Source of the DNA: an uncultured Alphaproteobacteria bacterium
Lineage (GTDB): Bacteria > Pseudomonadota > Alphaproteobacteria > Rhizobiales > Hyphomicrobiaceae
Length of the DNA stretch: 64,000 bases
Direction of reading: 5' to 3'
NCBI GenBank assembly: GCA_963724595.1
Contig: CAVRVR010000009.1
Location: 76,819 to 140,818, forward strand
The notes beneath the pieces are model-generated. The model was not told where the DNA came from, made no database searches, and saw only the letters and a program-made list of their open reading frames with translations. The position numbers and the translations under genes were made by a program. Position 1 is the first letter of the stretch, and each line of letters opens with the position of its first letter. Below are positions 10,674-23,233 of the stretch, piece after piece.

Positions 10674-11408
10674 TCAGCTCTTCGAAGCGGTGGCGCGCTT
10701 CGCCTCGGCCTTGGCGATCAGCTCTTCCACTTGCGGCAGCATCGCCTTCACGATGGCAGCGACGCCCTTGGAGTTCGGATGAATGCCATCCTGCTGGTTG
10801 AGCTTGGCATCGAATATCACGCCGTCGAGGAAGAACGGATAGAAGATGAGGCTGTGCTCTTTGGCCAGATCGGGGAAGATGGCGTCGAAGTCCTCGGCAA
10901 AGTTGTCGCCCCAGTTGGTCGGCGCGCGCATGCCGGTGAGCAGCACGGGAAGGCGCCGCTCATTCAACTTCGACAAAATCTTCTGCATGTTGTCGCGGGT
11001 GACCTTCGGGTCGATGCCGCGCAGCGCGTCGTTGGCACCGAACTCGACGATGACGGCGTCGGCATCATCGCCGATGGCCCAGGCGAGGCGCGCCAGGCCC
11101 GCGGCGCTGGTGTCGCCCGAGACGCCCGCGTTGGCGACGATGACATTGTGGCCGCGCGCCTTCAGCTCCTTCTGCAGCTGAGCCGGGAACGACTGGCTCG
11201 GGCGCACGCCGTAGCCTGCCGAGAGGCTATCGCCGAAAGCGACGATGCGGATGGGTTTCGCCGTTTCAGCCATGGTGCTCGTAAAAATGGCACTCGTGAA
11301 TGTGGCGGAGGCCAAAAGCAGAGAGCCCACCAGCACGTTGACGAGGGCTGGCGCGGACACCACTTGTGCCAAGGCCAGCACGTTGCGTCTTCCAAACATC
11401 GGCTTCAT
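10674..11408 (-). CDS. tesA: Arylesterase / acyl-CoA thioesterase I (SGNH/GDSL)
   Basis: FGDSLSAG, NAGVSGDT, GANDALRG, DGIHPN; divergent from ybbAP as in many proteobacteria. Start codon uncertain. Confidence 0.88.
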   Translation of the reverse strand: MKPMFGRRNVLALAQVVSAPALVNVLVGSLLLASATFTSAIFTSTMAETAKPIRIVAFGDSLSAGYGVRPSQSFPAQLQKELKARGHNVIVANAGVSGDTSAAGLARLAWAIGDDADAVIVEFGANDALRGIDPKVTRDNMQKILSKLNERRLPVLLTGMRAPTNWGDNFAEDFDAIFPDLAKEHSLIFYPFFLDGVIFDAKLNQQDGIHPNSKGVAAIVKAMLPQVEELIAKAEAKRATASKS

Positions 11409-11505
11409 GCTTCTCCCTCAGCAATCAGAGATGGCCCTATGACGTAAAGGCGCCGTCAAGTTGAGACAAGTCTCAGCCTCAGCAGCCCCAAAAGTAGAGC
11501 CCATA

Positions 11506-12198
11506 GTGACCAAGCCGATTGTCGTTATGAAGAACGTGCGCCTCACCCTGACCAGTCGCGCAGGGCCGGTGAGCATCCTGCGCGATGTGGACCTTGAAGC
11601 GCGCGAGGGCCAGTCGCTGGCAATTGTCGGGCCGTCGGGCTCGGGCAAGACATCGCTTTTGATGGTGATGGCGGGCCTCGAGCGAACGACGGGCGGTAAG
11701 GTGCAGGTCGCCGGGCATGACCTCGCGGACTTGAGCGAGGACGAGCTGGCACTCATGCGCGGTGCCGAGATCGGCATCGTGTTTCAATCTTTCCACCTCG
11801 TGCCGACGATGACGGCGCTGGAGAACGTGGCGCTGCCGTTGGAATTTGCCGGCACCGCGGATGCGTTCGCGACCGCACGCGAGCTGTTGCAGGAAGTGGG
11901 CTTGAGCCATCGCGTCGATCATTTCCCTGCGCAGCTTTCGGGCGGCGAGCAGCAGCGCGTCGCCATCGCGCGCGCCCTCAGCCGGCGGCCGAAGCTTATT
12001 CTCGCCGACGAGCCGACGGGCAATCTCGACCGCAAAACCGGCGGACATGTGATCGAACTCTTGTTCGGACTGCAGCGGCGGCGTGAGGCGACGCTGATCC
12101 TCGTCACGCACGACGAGCGCCTGGCCGGTGCATGCGACCGCACGATCCGCATGGCAGACGGCGCTGTCGAAAGTGAAACGGAGGCGCTCGTCTCGTGA
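11506..12198 (+). CDS. ABC transporter ATP-binding protein (YbbA/LolD-like)
   Basis: GPSGSGKT, LSGGEQQRVAIARA, ILADEPTGNLD. Confidence 0.93.
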   Translation: MTKPIVVMKNVRLTLTSRAGPVSILRDVDLEAREGQSLAIVGPSGSGKTSLLMVMAGLERTTGGKVQVAGHDLADLSEDELALMRGAEIGIVFQSFHLVPTMTALENVALPLEFAGTADAFATARELLQEVGLSHRVDHFPAQLSGGEQQRVAIARALSRRPKLILADEPTGNLDRKTGGHVIELLFGLQRRREATLILVTHDERLAGACDRTIRMADGAVESETEALVS

Positions 12199-14768
12199 CG
12201 GCGACCGAAGCGCTCAAGGACGCCCCGCGCAGCGGCGAACGGCGGCTGCCGCTGCTGCTTGCCATCGCCGCACGCGAATTGCGCTCAGGCCTGTCGGGCT
12301 TTCGCATTTTCATCGCTTGCGTGGCGCTAGGCGTTATGGTCATCACTGGCGTCGGGGCGGTGTCGGACGCGTTGCGCGCCGGCTTCGAGCGCCAGGGCGA
12401 GGCCATCCTCGGCGGAGACGCCACGCTTGCCCGAACCCACGTAAGGGCTGTGGGGGAGGAACGCGCGATCATCGATGCCTTCGGCCGCGTCAGCGAGACA
12501 GCCACCATGCGCACCATGGCGCGGCGGCCGGACGGCTCGGACCAAGCGTTGGCTGAGCTGAAGGGGGTCGATGCGGCCTATCCACTGGTTGGTGCGGTTG
12601 AGGTCGCAGGCGGCGCGCCGTTGCAGGAAGTGCTGCGTGACGGCGCGGTCGTCGACCCGGCATTACTCGAGCGCCTGAAGCTGAAGGTGGGCGACGAGAT
12701 CGGCCTCGGCGCCGAGAAAGTGAAGATCGACGGCGTGCTCAAGTCTGAGCCGGACGGCATCACCGATCGGCTCACGTACGGCCCGCGCATCCTGATTTCG
12801 CAGGCGACGCTCGACAAGGCGGGGTTGATCAAGCCGGGCACGCTGGTGCGCTGGCGCTATGCCGTGAAGACGAGCGACGTCGCGGCGAGCGAGGCCGATC
12901 TCGTGTCGCTGCGGCACAAGATCGAAGCGGAGCTCCCCGAAGCCGGCTTCACGATCGCCGACCGGCGCGATCCCTCCCCGCAGGTGAGCCGCACGCTGGA
13001 GCGGCTGCGGCAGTTCCTTACCCTCATCGGGTTGACGGCGCTGCTGGTCGGCGGCGTCGGCATCGCCAATGCCGTGGCGACGTTCATCGACAAGCGCCGC
13101 AAGGTGATCGCTACGATGAAGAGCATCGGTGCGACCAGCCGTATGGTGCTCGGCATTTTCCTCGCCGAGGTTCTGGCCGTGGCGGCGATGGGTGTCGTGC
13201 TCGGTCTCGTGCTCGGTACGCTGGCGCCGCTCGTGCTCGACGCGCTGTTCGGCGACATGCTGCCCATCCAGGCGGAGATGACGGTGACACCGCTGAGCGT
13301 CGTTACGGCGCTCGTCTACGGGTTTGGGGTCGCGCTGCTGTTCACGCTGTGGCCGCTAGGGCGCGTCGAACGTATCAGCGCCAGCATGCTGTTCCGCGAC
13401 GAGGTGGCGCCGGAGCGCACGCTGCCGCGCACGTGGGTGATCGTTGCGACGCTTGTTGTCGCCGTAGCGCTCGTCGCCTTCGCGATGCTGACCTCTGATT
13501 CAAAGAGCATCGCCATCTATTTCTGCGTCGGTCTCATCCTCGTGTTCGCAGTGTTCTACGGGCTCGGCACGGCAGTGACATGGGCATCACGATGCCTGCC
13601 GCGGCCGCGCATGCCGGAGCTGTCGCTGGCGCTCGGGAATCTCGGCGCACCGGGCGGACTGACGCGCTCGGTCGTGTTGTCGCTTGGCGCTGGACTGTCG
13701 CTCCTCGTCGCCGTGGCGCTGGCGGATGCATCCCTAGTGCGCGAGCTGCAGGAGCGGCTGCCGACGAGCTCGCCCGACTACTTCGTGCTCGATGTGCCGA
13801 AGGAAGACTACGACGCGATGGGCGCGCTGATAAAACGGCAGGTGCCGGGCGCGGTGCTCGAAGAAGCGCCGATGCTGCGCGGGCGGCTCGTGCGTCTCAA
13901 CGACGTGCCGGTGGAGGACGTCAAGGCCCCGCCCGAGGCGCAGTGGGTGCTCAACGGCGACCGCGGACTATCGTATTCGGACGACGTGCCGCGCGGCTCT
14001 AGCGTCGTCGCGGGAGACTGGTGGCCGAAGGACTACAACGGCGAGCCGCTCGTTTCCTTCGAGGCCGACCTCGCCGGTAAGCTTGGGCTCAAGATCGGCG
14101 ACAAGGTCACCGTCAACGTACTCGGCCGCAATGTGACGGCGACTATCTCCAATCTGCGCGAGGTGAAGTGGGAGAGCCTCGCCATCAATTTCGTCATGCT
14201 GTTTTCACCCAACACGTTAGCCGGAGCACCGCACAATCTTTTGGTGACGATCGCGCTGCCCGAGGATACGCCGCTCAGCACGGAGGGACAGGCGATCCGT
14301 GAGCTCGGCCAGGCCTATCCGTCGATCACCGCCATCCGCGTCAAGGACGTGCTGGCGACGTTCAACACGGTGTTCGCGAAAGTGATGACGGCGGTGCGCG
14401 TTGCCGGCAGCGTCACGCTGCTTGCCGGTGCGCTGGTTTTGGCGGGAGCGTTGGCTACGGCGCAGCGACGGCGCATCCTCGAGGCGGTAATCCTGAAGAC
14501 GCTTGGGGCGACGCGCCGGCGCATCCTGACGTCGCACTTCCTCGAGTACCTGATCTTGTCGGCGGTGACGGCGCTATTCGCCGCGGGGCTTGGTACGCTG
14601 GCTGCCGCGGTCGTCGTCACGCAACTGATGCACATCCCCTTCAGCTTCTCGCTGGGGGCCGTGGCGCTGGCTTTGGGACTGTCCATGGGGCTGGTATTTC
14701 TGTTCGGCGGCGCCGGCACCTGGGCGGTGCTGCGGGCCCCTGCCGTGCCGTACCTGCGTTCCGAGTAA
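12195..14768 (+). CDS. ABC transporter permease (YbbP/FtsX-like, 857 aa)
   Basis: Two MacB/FtsX-type halves with K.iGA motifs; 4-nt overlap with the ATPase gene. Confidence 0.9.
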   Translation: MTATEALKDAPRSGERRLPLLLAIAARELRSGLSGFRIFIACVALGVMVITGVGAVSDALRAGFERQGEAILGGDATLARTHVRAVGEERAIIDAFGRVSETATMRTMARRPDGSDQALAELKGVDAAYPLVGAVEVAGGAPLQEVLRDGAVVDPALLERLKLKVGDEIGLGAEKVKIDGVLKSEPDGITDRLTYGPRILISQATLDKAGLIKPGTLVRWRYAVKTSDVAASEADLVSLRHKIEAELPEAGFTIADRRDPSPQVSRTLERLRQFLTLIGLTALLVGGVGIANAVATFIDKRRKVIATMKSIGATSRMVLGIFLAEVLAVAAMGVVLGLVLGTLAPLVLDALFGDMLPIQAEMTVTPLSVVTALVYGFGVALLFTLWPLGRVERISASMLFRDEVAPERTLPRTWVIVATLVVAVALVAFAMLTSDSKSIAIYFCVGLILVFAVFYGLGTAVTWASRCLPRPRMPELSLALGNLGAPGGLTRSVVLSLGAGLSLLVAVALADASLVRELQERLPTSSPDYFVLDVPKEDYDAMGALIKRQVPGAVLEEAPMLRGRLVRLNDVPVEDVKAPPEAQWVLNGDRGLSYSDDVPRGSSVVAGDWWPKDYNGEPLVSFEADLAGKLGLKIGDKVTVNVLGRNVTATISNLREVKWESLAINFVMLFSPNTLAGAPHNLLVTIALPEDTPLSTEGQAIRELGQAYPSITAIRVKDVLATFNTVFAKVMTAVRVAGSVTLLAGALVLAGALATAQRRRILEAVILKTLGATRRRILTSHFLEYLILSAVTALFAAGLGTLAAAVVVTQLMHIPFSFSLGAVALALGLSMGLVFLFGGAGTWAVLRAPAVPYLRSE

Positions 14769-14841
14769 ACGCCTGATGAATCAATGGCATTGCTAGCGCA
14801 GGTATTTTTGCTGGTTGTGAAATCTTATCGGATTCGTAAGC

Positions 14842-14870
14842 CTTGAAAGGTGCACTGCGGCAGCGCATAT
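14842..14870 (+). promoter_or_regulatory. Candidate sigma32/sigma70-type promoter for yccA
   Basis: CTTGAA-N16-CGCATAT resembles the alphaproteobacterial CTTGAA...CCTATAT consensus; it ends 53 nt upstream of the ATG. Confidence 0.45.
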
Positions 14871-14923
14871 TTCCTGCGTGATTTGGCAAATTCCGCCAAA
14901 CGAAAGGATCTTAGGGAAACAAC

Positions 14924-15670
14924 ATGGCTCAGCTTGACCCCAGGTACGCGCAATCCGGCTACCCAGCCCGTTCAGGGGCTGCGCTAGACGAGGGCCTGCG
15001 CTCCTACATGCTCGGCGTTTACAACTACATGGCCGCCGGCGTCGCCCTAACGGGCGTCACCGCCTACCTCACCAGCATGATGGCCGTCGGCGCCGACGGG
15101 CAGCTCACCCAGTTCGGTGTGGCGCTCTATCAGTCGCCGCTGAAGTGGCTCGTGATGCTTGCCCCGCTCGGTTTCGTCCTCTTCCTCTCGTTCCGTGTCG
15201 AGAAGATGAGCGTCGGCGCGGCGCAGATGACATTCTGGCTGTTCGCCGCTGTCATGGGCGTATCGCTGTCGTCGATCTTCCTGGTCTTCACCGGCCAGTC
15301 GATCACGCAGATCTTCTTCGTCACCGCCGCCACCTTCGGCGCCCTCAGCCTGTGGGGCTACACGACGAAGCGTGACATCTCCGGCTGGGGCTCCTTCCTG
15401 TTCATGGGCCTCATCGGCATCATTCTCGCCTCGATCGTCAATATCTTCCTGCAGTCGACTGGCTTGCAGTTCGCCGTCTCGGTTATCGGCGTGCTCGTGT
15501 TCGCCGGCCTTACCGCCTACGACACGCAGCGCATCAAGGACGGCTACACGATGGTCGCCGGCAACGCCGAGCTGGCCGCCAAGAGCGCCATTATGGGCGC
15601 TCTCAGCCTGTACCTCGACTTCATCAACATGTTCATGATGCTGCTCAACTTGTTCGGCAACCGCGAGTAA
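14924..15670 (+). CDS. Bax inhibitor-1/YccA family membrane protein
   Basis: DEGLRSYMLGVYNYMA, YTTKRD, AYDTQRIK, GALSLYLDFIN. Confidence 0.93.
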   Translation: MAQLDPRYAQSGYPARSGAALDEGLRSYMLGVYNYMAAGVALTGVTAYLTSMMAVGADGQLTQFGVALYQSPLKWLVMLAPLGFVLFLSFRVEKMSVGAAQMTFWLFAAVMGVSLSSIFLVFTGQSITQIFFVTAATFGALSLWGYTTKRDISGWGSFLFMGLIGIILASIVNIFLQSTGLQFAVSVIGVLVFAGLTAYDTQRIKDGYTMVAGNAELAAKSAIMGALSLYLDFINMFMMLLNLFGNRE

Positions 15671-15697
15671 GCGGCACCGGCGCAGCGCTGAATTGGC

Positions 15698-15726
15698 AAG
15701 GGCCGCGGATCACTCCGCGGCCCTTC
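15698..15726. terminator. Hairpin terminator between convergent yccA and DUF2794 genes
   Basis: AAGGGCCGCGGA-tcac-TCCGCGGCCCTT perfect 12-bp stem. Confidence 0.7.
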
Positions 15727-15751
15727 GCATTTCTGCCAGCCTTCTAAGCGT

Positions 15752-16144
15752 CTATGCGCCGACGAGGCGCGGGCGGCCCTCAAGCACGGTCAAGACGCGC
15801 ACGAGGTCGTGGCCGCGTTTCAAGATGAGCCCGGCGGGCGCCATGACGCTATAGGCGCCCTGCTTGCGGGCGAGCTTCGGTGCCTTCTCGATGCGGAACA
15901 GCGGCACTTCGCTGGCGCGACGGAAGACGGAGAACACCGCTTTGTCGCGCTCGATGTCGATCGCATAGTCGCGCCATTCCCCGGCAGCGACCTTGCGGCC
16001 ATAGACGGCGAGGATGGCGCTCAATTCCTGACGATCGAAAGTGGTGCAGCGCCAGGCTTCGTGAGCTTGGCTGGATGCGGCCTGATGACCGCGAAAGTTG
16101 CCCGCCCGCTGCGGGCTGAAAGTTATCGGTTCGGATTCGCTCAA
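15752..16144 (-). CDS. DUF2794 family protein
   Basis: FDRQELSAILAVYGRKVAAGEWRDYAID...FSVFRRASEVPLFRIEK...GLILKRGHDL. Confidence 0.88.
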   Translation of the reverse strand: MSESEPITFSPQRAGNFRGHQAASSQAHEAWRCTTFDRQELSAILAVYGRKVAAGEWRDYAIDIERDKAVFSVFRRASEVPLFRIEKAPKLARKQGAYSVMAPAGLILKRGHDLVRVLTVLEGRPRLVGA

Positions 16145-16351
16145 CGGCGCCTCCCTGTCGCGATACCTTCATGATCGCGCTGGACGCGGCCAATTTCAAG
16201 GGCCGAAGGCTGCACTCCTTTAGCGCATATGCATCACGTGCGCTCAAACAGCACGGACGCGGCACGGAATCTTCCCGACATCGTCAAATTCGGAACGAGC
16301 CCTCGACAATGATCTGCCCCAAAGGGCTGCGAGAGTGACAATCGTTGCCTC

Positions 16352-16494
16352 TAGACCCGGTTCGGCGGAGTAGTTCGGACTCTCAGCCCCCCAGCCCCCG
16401 GGCAGCTTCGAGGACCGGGTTTTTAGGCAGCTCCCAGTAGTATTTTTTCTCCCCCAAGTCGTCATGGGCCGGTCCCCACCGGCCCAATTTTTTT
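16352..16494 (+). ncRNA. Candidate small RNA with C-rich loops and its own intrinsic terminator
   Basis: Lies in a divergent intergenic region with no credible ORF. Stem GACCCGGT..ACCGGGTT encloses a GCCC-ccagccccc-GGGC hairpin, then CTCCCA and CTCCCCCA motifs, then terminator TGGGCCGGT-cccc-ACCGGCCCA-A-T7. The 5' end is a guess. Confidence 0.5.
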
Positions 16495-16678
16495 GTCATA
16501 TCGCATCATGCCGACGGCACGCGCGTCTGAACGCTTGCGCGGCGATGCCTACCTTTGCATAACCGCGCATCGAGCAAATCGCGCTGCCACGTGCGCTGCA
16601 AATGGAGCGAGCGAGTGACGAAGAACGCCAGCAAAGGCAAGTCGAAGAACGCGTCGCGCTAGCACAGTTGCGACGCGG

Positions 16679-18748
16679 GTGAGCAAGTCGCGATCGAGCG
16701 CTCCGGCACGCGTCAAGCCGGGCAATCCGCTGTTGTCGCGCTGGAGCGCCGCGTTCGGATTGCCGCCGTTCAAGAAGATCGATCCGTCGCACTTCAAGGC
16801 GGCGTTCGCCGCAGCCTTGAAGGAGCACAAGGGGGAGATCGCGCGCATCGCCGGCGAAACGACGCGGCCGACATTCGCCAACACGATCCTCGCCCTGGAG
16901 AAAAGCGGCCGCCTGCTCGATAAGGTTGCGGCGGTTTTTTACAATCTGACCGGTGCGCACACCAACGACGCGTTGCAGGCGATCGAGCGCGACATGGCGC
17001 CTAAGCTCGCCGCGCACGAGACGGCGATTATGCTGAACGGCAAGCTGTTCCGCCGCGTGGAAGAACTCTATCGGCGCCGCGACGAGCTATCCCTCACCGA
17101 CGAGCAGCGGCGCGTGCTGGAGCTGCGCTACAAGTGGCTGATCCGTGCCGGCGCCAAGTTGGCGCCCAAGCAGAAGGTGCGGGTGGCTGAGATCAATCAG
17201 CGGCTGGCGACGCTGGCGACGCAGTTCTCGCAGAACGTGCTGAAGGACGAGCAGTCCTGGCGCCTGGTCCTGGAAGCGCGCGACCTCGACGGTCTGCCCG
17301 CCGCTTCGCGCGACGCCGCCGGCCGCGCCGGCACCGACCTCGGCCTCGACGGCAAATATGTCATCACGCTGTCGCGCTCGAGCATCGAGCCGTTCTTGCA
17401 GTTTTCCGCGCGCCGCGATTTGCGTGAGGAGGCGTTTAACGCCTGGATCAAGCGCGGCGAGATGGGCAAGGAGACCGACAACCGCGCCATCACCGCGGAG
17501 ATCATCGCGCTACGCGCTGAGTTCGCGACGCTGCTTGGCTTCAAGACTTACGCCGAGTACAGCCTCGAAGAAACGATGGCCAAGACGCCAGCCAGCGTGC
17601 GCGGCTTGCTGTCGGCGGTGTGGGAGCCGGCGGTGAAGCGGGCGATGAGCGAGCGCGACGCGCTGCAGAGCCGCGCGCGCGAAGAGGGCGGCAACTTCGC
17701 TATCGCGCCGTGGGACTGGCGCTACTACGCGGAGAAGGAGCGCAAGGCGCGCTACGATGTCGACGAGGCATCGACGCGGCCATACCTCACGCTCGATAAC
17801 GTGATCGCCGCGGCGTTCGAGACGTCAACGCGCCTGTTCGGCCTACGTTTCAAGGAGCTGCCTGACGCGCCCCGCTACCACGAGGACGTGCGCGTGTGGG
17901 AGGTGACCGACAAGCGTGGCGCCCACGTCGGCCTCTTCCTCGGCGATTACTTTGCGCGACCGTCGAAGCGCTCCGGCGCTTGGATGTCGTCGTTCCGCTC
18001 GCAATCGAAGGTGGCGGGCGAGGTGAGCCCGATCATCGTCAATGTCATGAATTTCGCGCGCGGCGAGGAAGGCCAGCCGAGTCTTCTGTCGCTCGATGAC
18101 GCGCGCACGCTGTTCCACGAGTTCGGGCACGGCCTGCACGGGCTGCTGTCGGACGTGACGTATCCGTCCATCTCCGGCACGTCGGTGACGCGCGACTTCG
18201 TCGAGCTGCCCTCGCAGCTCTACGAGCACTGGCTGATGGTGCCGGCGGTGCTGGAGAAGTTCGCCGTGCACCACGAGACCGGCAAGCCCATGCCGGCCAA
18301 GCTGCTGTCGCGCATCAAGAAGGCACGCAACTTCAACCAGGGCTTCTCGACCATCGAGTATCTGGCGTCGGCATTCGTCGATATGGAGCTGCACGCCATC
18401 GAGGACCAGAGTGCGCTCAACGTCGACGCATTCGAGCGCGGCACGCTGGATCGTCTCGGCATGCCGCGCGAGATCGTCATGCGCCACCGCATCCCGCACT
18501 TCCTGCACATCATGGGCGGCTACGCGGCCGGGTATTACAGCTACTTGTGGTCGGAAGTTATGGACGCCGACGCGTTCGCCGCCTTCGAGGAGGCGGGCAA
18601 TCCGTTCGATGCGGCCACGGCGAAGAAGCTGCACAAGTTCATCTACTCGGGCGGCAACGGACGCGATCCGCTGGAAGCCTACGTGGCCTTCCGCGGTCGT
18701 CCGCCGGAGATTGCTGGCCTGCTCAAGAAGCGCGGGCTGGCGGGGTAA
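16679..18748 (+). CDS. dcp: M3 family metallopeptidase (peptidyl-dipeptidase Dcp)
   Basis: GNPLL...FGLPPF; TLFHEFGHGLH zinc motif; DFVELPSQ; GYAAGYYSYLWSE. Confidence 0.92.
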   Translation: MSKSRSSAPARVKPGNPLLSRWSAAFGLPPFKKIDPSHFKAAFAAALKEHKGEIARIAGETTRPTFANTILALEKSGRLLDKVAAVFYNLTGAHTNDALQAIERDMAPKLAAHETAIMLNGKLFRRVEELYRRRDELSLTDEQRRVLELRYKWLIRAGAKLAPKQKVRVAEINQRLATLATQFSQNVLKDEQSWRLVLEARDLDGLPAASRDAAGRAGTDLGLDGKYVITLSRSSIEPFLQFSARRDLREEAFNAWIKRGEMGKETDNRAITAEIIALRAEFATLLGFKTYAEYSLEETMAKTPASVRGLLSAVWEPAVKRAMSERDALQSRAREEGGNFAIAPWDWRYYAEKERKARYDVDEASTRPYLTLDNVIAAAFETSTRLFGLRFKELPDAPRYHEDVRVWEVTDKRGAHVGLFLGDYFARPSKRSGAWMSSFRSQSKVAGEVSPIIVNVMNFARGEEGQPSLLSLDDARTLFHEFGHGLHGLLSDVTYPSISGTSVTRDFVELPSQLYEHWLMVPAVLEKFAVHHETGKPMPAKLLSRIKKARNFNQGFSTIEYLASAFVDMELHAIEDQSALNVDAFERGTLDRLGMPREIVMRHRIPHFLHIMGGYAAGYYSYLWSEVMDADAFAAFEEAGNPFDAATAKKLHKFIYSGGNGRDPLEAYVAFRGRPPEIAGLLKKRGLAG

Positions 18749-18754
18749 GTAAGC

Positions 18755-19516
18755 CTACCACAGCCCGGTCCAGGCGGCGCCGATGATGGGGCCGGCCTTG
18801 CCCTCCTGCAGGAGGATGATGGCGGCCTCGGTTTGAGGCCGCATCACAGCGGTGCGGGCAAGCTGGAGGCTCATCGCCTTGCCGTTCCACGTGCCGACGG
18901 GCAGCATCTCGCGCACTATGTTCGTGTAGGTGAGCGTCTTGCCCTGATTGTCGCCGCGCTGCACGGGAACCTGCGCCAACTTCTGCACCACGGCAAACCA
19001 GATCGTCGCTTCCTTGTAATTGAACCCTGGCGGCGCATCGCCTGCCTCGATCTTGATCGAGTTGCGCTCGTGCCAGAAGCGGATCGGCACGCGGCCGCCT
19101 TTCAGCGCCTCATCCGAGACCTTGATCGCCTCTTTGATGGCTGCCGGGTCGCTGCCATTAACGCCGATCATGCCGTTGACGACGACCTGCGGCGTGTAGA
19201 TGGCGCCGTCACCGCGCGCCTTGGCGTAGGCCTTCTGCCGTTCGCTGTTCTTGTCAGTGGCGAGCGTGTCCTTCCAGCCGAGATAGTCCCAGATGTCGAC
19301 CGGCAGGGTGATGGCGATGATGTCCGGCTGCCCGGCGAATGAAGCAAGAACCGTGTCGGCCGGCGGGCAGGTGTCGCATCCCTGGCTGGTAAACAGCTCG
19401 AGCACGTTCTTCGGCGGTCCGAACGACGGGTTGATGCCGGGAGCGTCCTGCGACAGAGCGCTAGAAGCCGGCGCGAGAAGAGCGATCGTCAGTGCAAAGA
19501 GTGGAGCCAGCCGCAT
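18755..19516 (-). CDS. DUF1223 thioredoxin-like secreted protein
   Basis: VLELFTSQGCDTCPPAD, VDIWDYLGWKDT, IYTPQVVVNG. Confidence 0.9.
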   Translation of the reverse strand: MRLAPLFALTIALLAPASSALSQDAPGINPSFGPPKNVLELFTSQGCDTCPPADTVLASFAGQPDIIAITLPVDIWDYLGWKDTLATDKNSERQKAYAKARGDGAIYTPQVVVNGMIGVNGSDPAAIKEAIKVSDEALKGGRVPIRFWHERNSIKIEAGDAPPGFNYKEATIWFAVVQKLAQVPVQRGDNQGKTLTYTNIVREMLPVGTWNGKAMSLQLARTAVMRPQTEAAIILLQEGKAGPIIGAAWTGLW

Positions 19517-19622
19517 GCGCGTAAAATACACCGAAAGGGGACGCCCCATAAGACTAGTGAGCGCGCTGTAACGCTACAACAGAACTCACGAAAGTTTGTC
19601 CCCGCTAGGGCCGCCGACCGGC

Positions 19623-22340
<2,718 letters not shown>

Positions 22341-22588
22341 AACCGTCTCCTTCGCTTGCACTCGGCTGCCGACATGGCCGCGCTCTCCCCAGGACGTCAA
22401 CCCTGCCGCCGGATTTCATCACTGGCGGCCGCGGACGGCGCTCATTAATGCTGGTAAAACTGGCGGCCTCGGAAGCGTGCCCCTAAAGTGCCTTCCGGCC
22501 CGCCAAACCAGAGCGCTTCCGCTGCCCATCTTGCGGGATTTTCCCACCAGTTCGCTAGCGCATTCTGCCACACGGATGATGAAGACCC

Positions 22589-23233
22589 GTGCAGCTTGTT
22601 GCTGAAAATCTGACCTTGGAGCGCGGCGGGCGCAATGTCCTCGAGGGGCTGTCGTTCCGCCTCGAAGCCGGTTCGGCACTCGTTCTCACCGGGCCGAATG
22701 GCTCCGGCAAATCGACGCTTTTGCGCGCTTTGGCGGGATTTCTGCGGCCGGCGGCTGGCAGCGCAAGGGTCATTGGGGCGAGCGATGACCGCGAGGCGGC
22801 CGAGGTATGCCACTTTGTCGGGCACCTCGATGGGATCAAGACGCACCTGACGGCGGCGGAGAACCTCGCCTTCTGGGCGATCTACCTCGCTGGGGCGCCC
22901 GATGCGGCGCAGGGCGTTTCCGAGCGGGTCGAGGCGGCGTTGAAGCGATTTGCGCTCGATGCATTGGCCGACATTCCCGCCGGATACCTGTCGGCGGGGC
23001 AGAAGCGGCGGCTGGCGCTGGCACGCGTGGCGGTGGCGGCGCGGCCGCTATGGTTACTCGACGAACCGACCGTGTCGCTCGATGCCGCTTCCGGCGAGGT
23101 TCTGGTCGCCGCGATCAACGCGCACCTGAAAAGCGGTGGCATGGCGGTAATCGCCACGCATGTGCCGATGGCGCTCGAGCCGGTGCAAGCGATCCGGCTC
23201 GGTCGCGTCGAGCCCGCGAAGGCGCAGCCATGA
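22589..23233 (+). CDS. ccmA: Heme ABC exporter ATP-binding protein
   Basis: GPNGSGKST, LSAGQKRRLALAR, LWLLDEP. Confidence 0.93.
   Translation: MQLVAENLTLERGGRNVLEGLSFRLEAGSALVLTGPNGSGKSTLLRALAGFLRPAAGSARVIGASDDREAAEVCHFVGHLDGIKTHLTAAENLAFWAIYLAGAPDAAQGVSERVEAALKRFALDALADIPAGYLSAGQKRRLALARVAVAARPLWLLDEPTVSLDAASGEVLVAAINAHLKSGGMAVIATHVPMALEPVQAIRLGRVEPAKAQP

Noticed and set aside
22445-22459. CtrA box in the acnA/ccmA intergenic region
   Set aside because: TTAA-N7-AAAA is only a half match; I found no full TTAA-N7-TTAA site by eye.
22807-23229. N-terminal extension of CcmB
   Set aside because: Overlaps ccmA out of frame; the real start is ATG 23230 with a 4-nt overlap.
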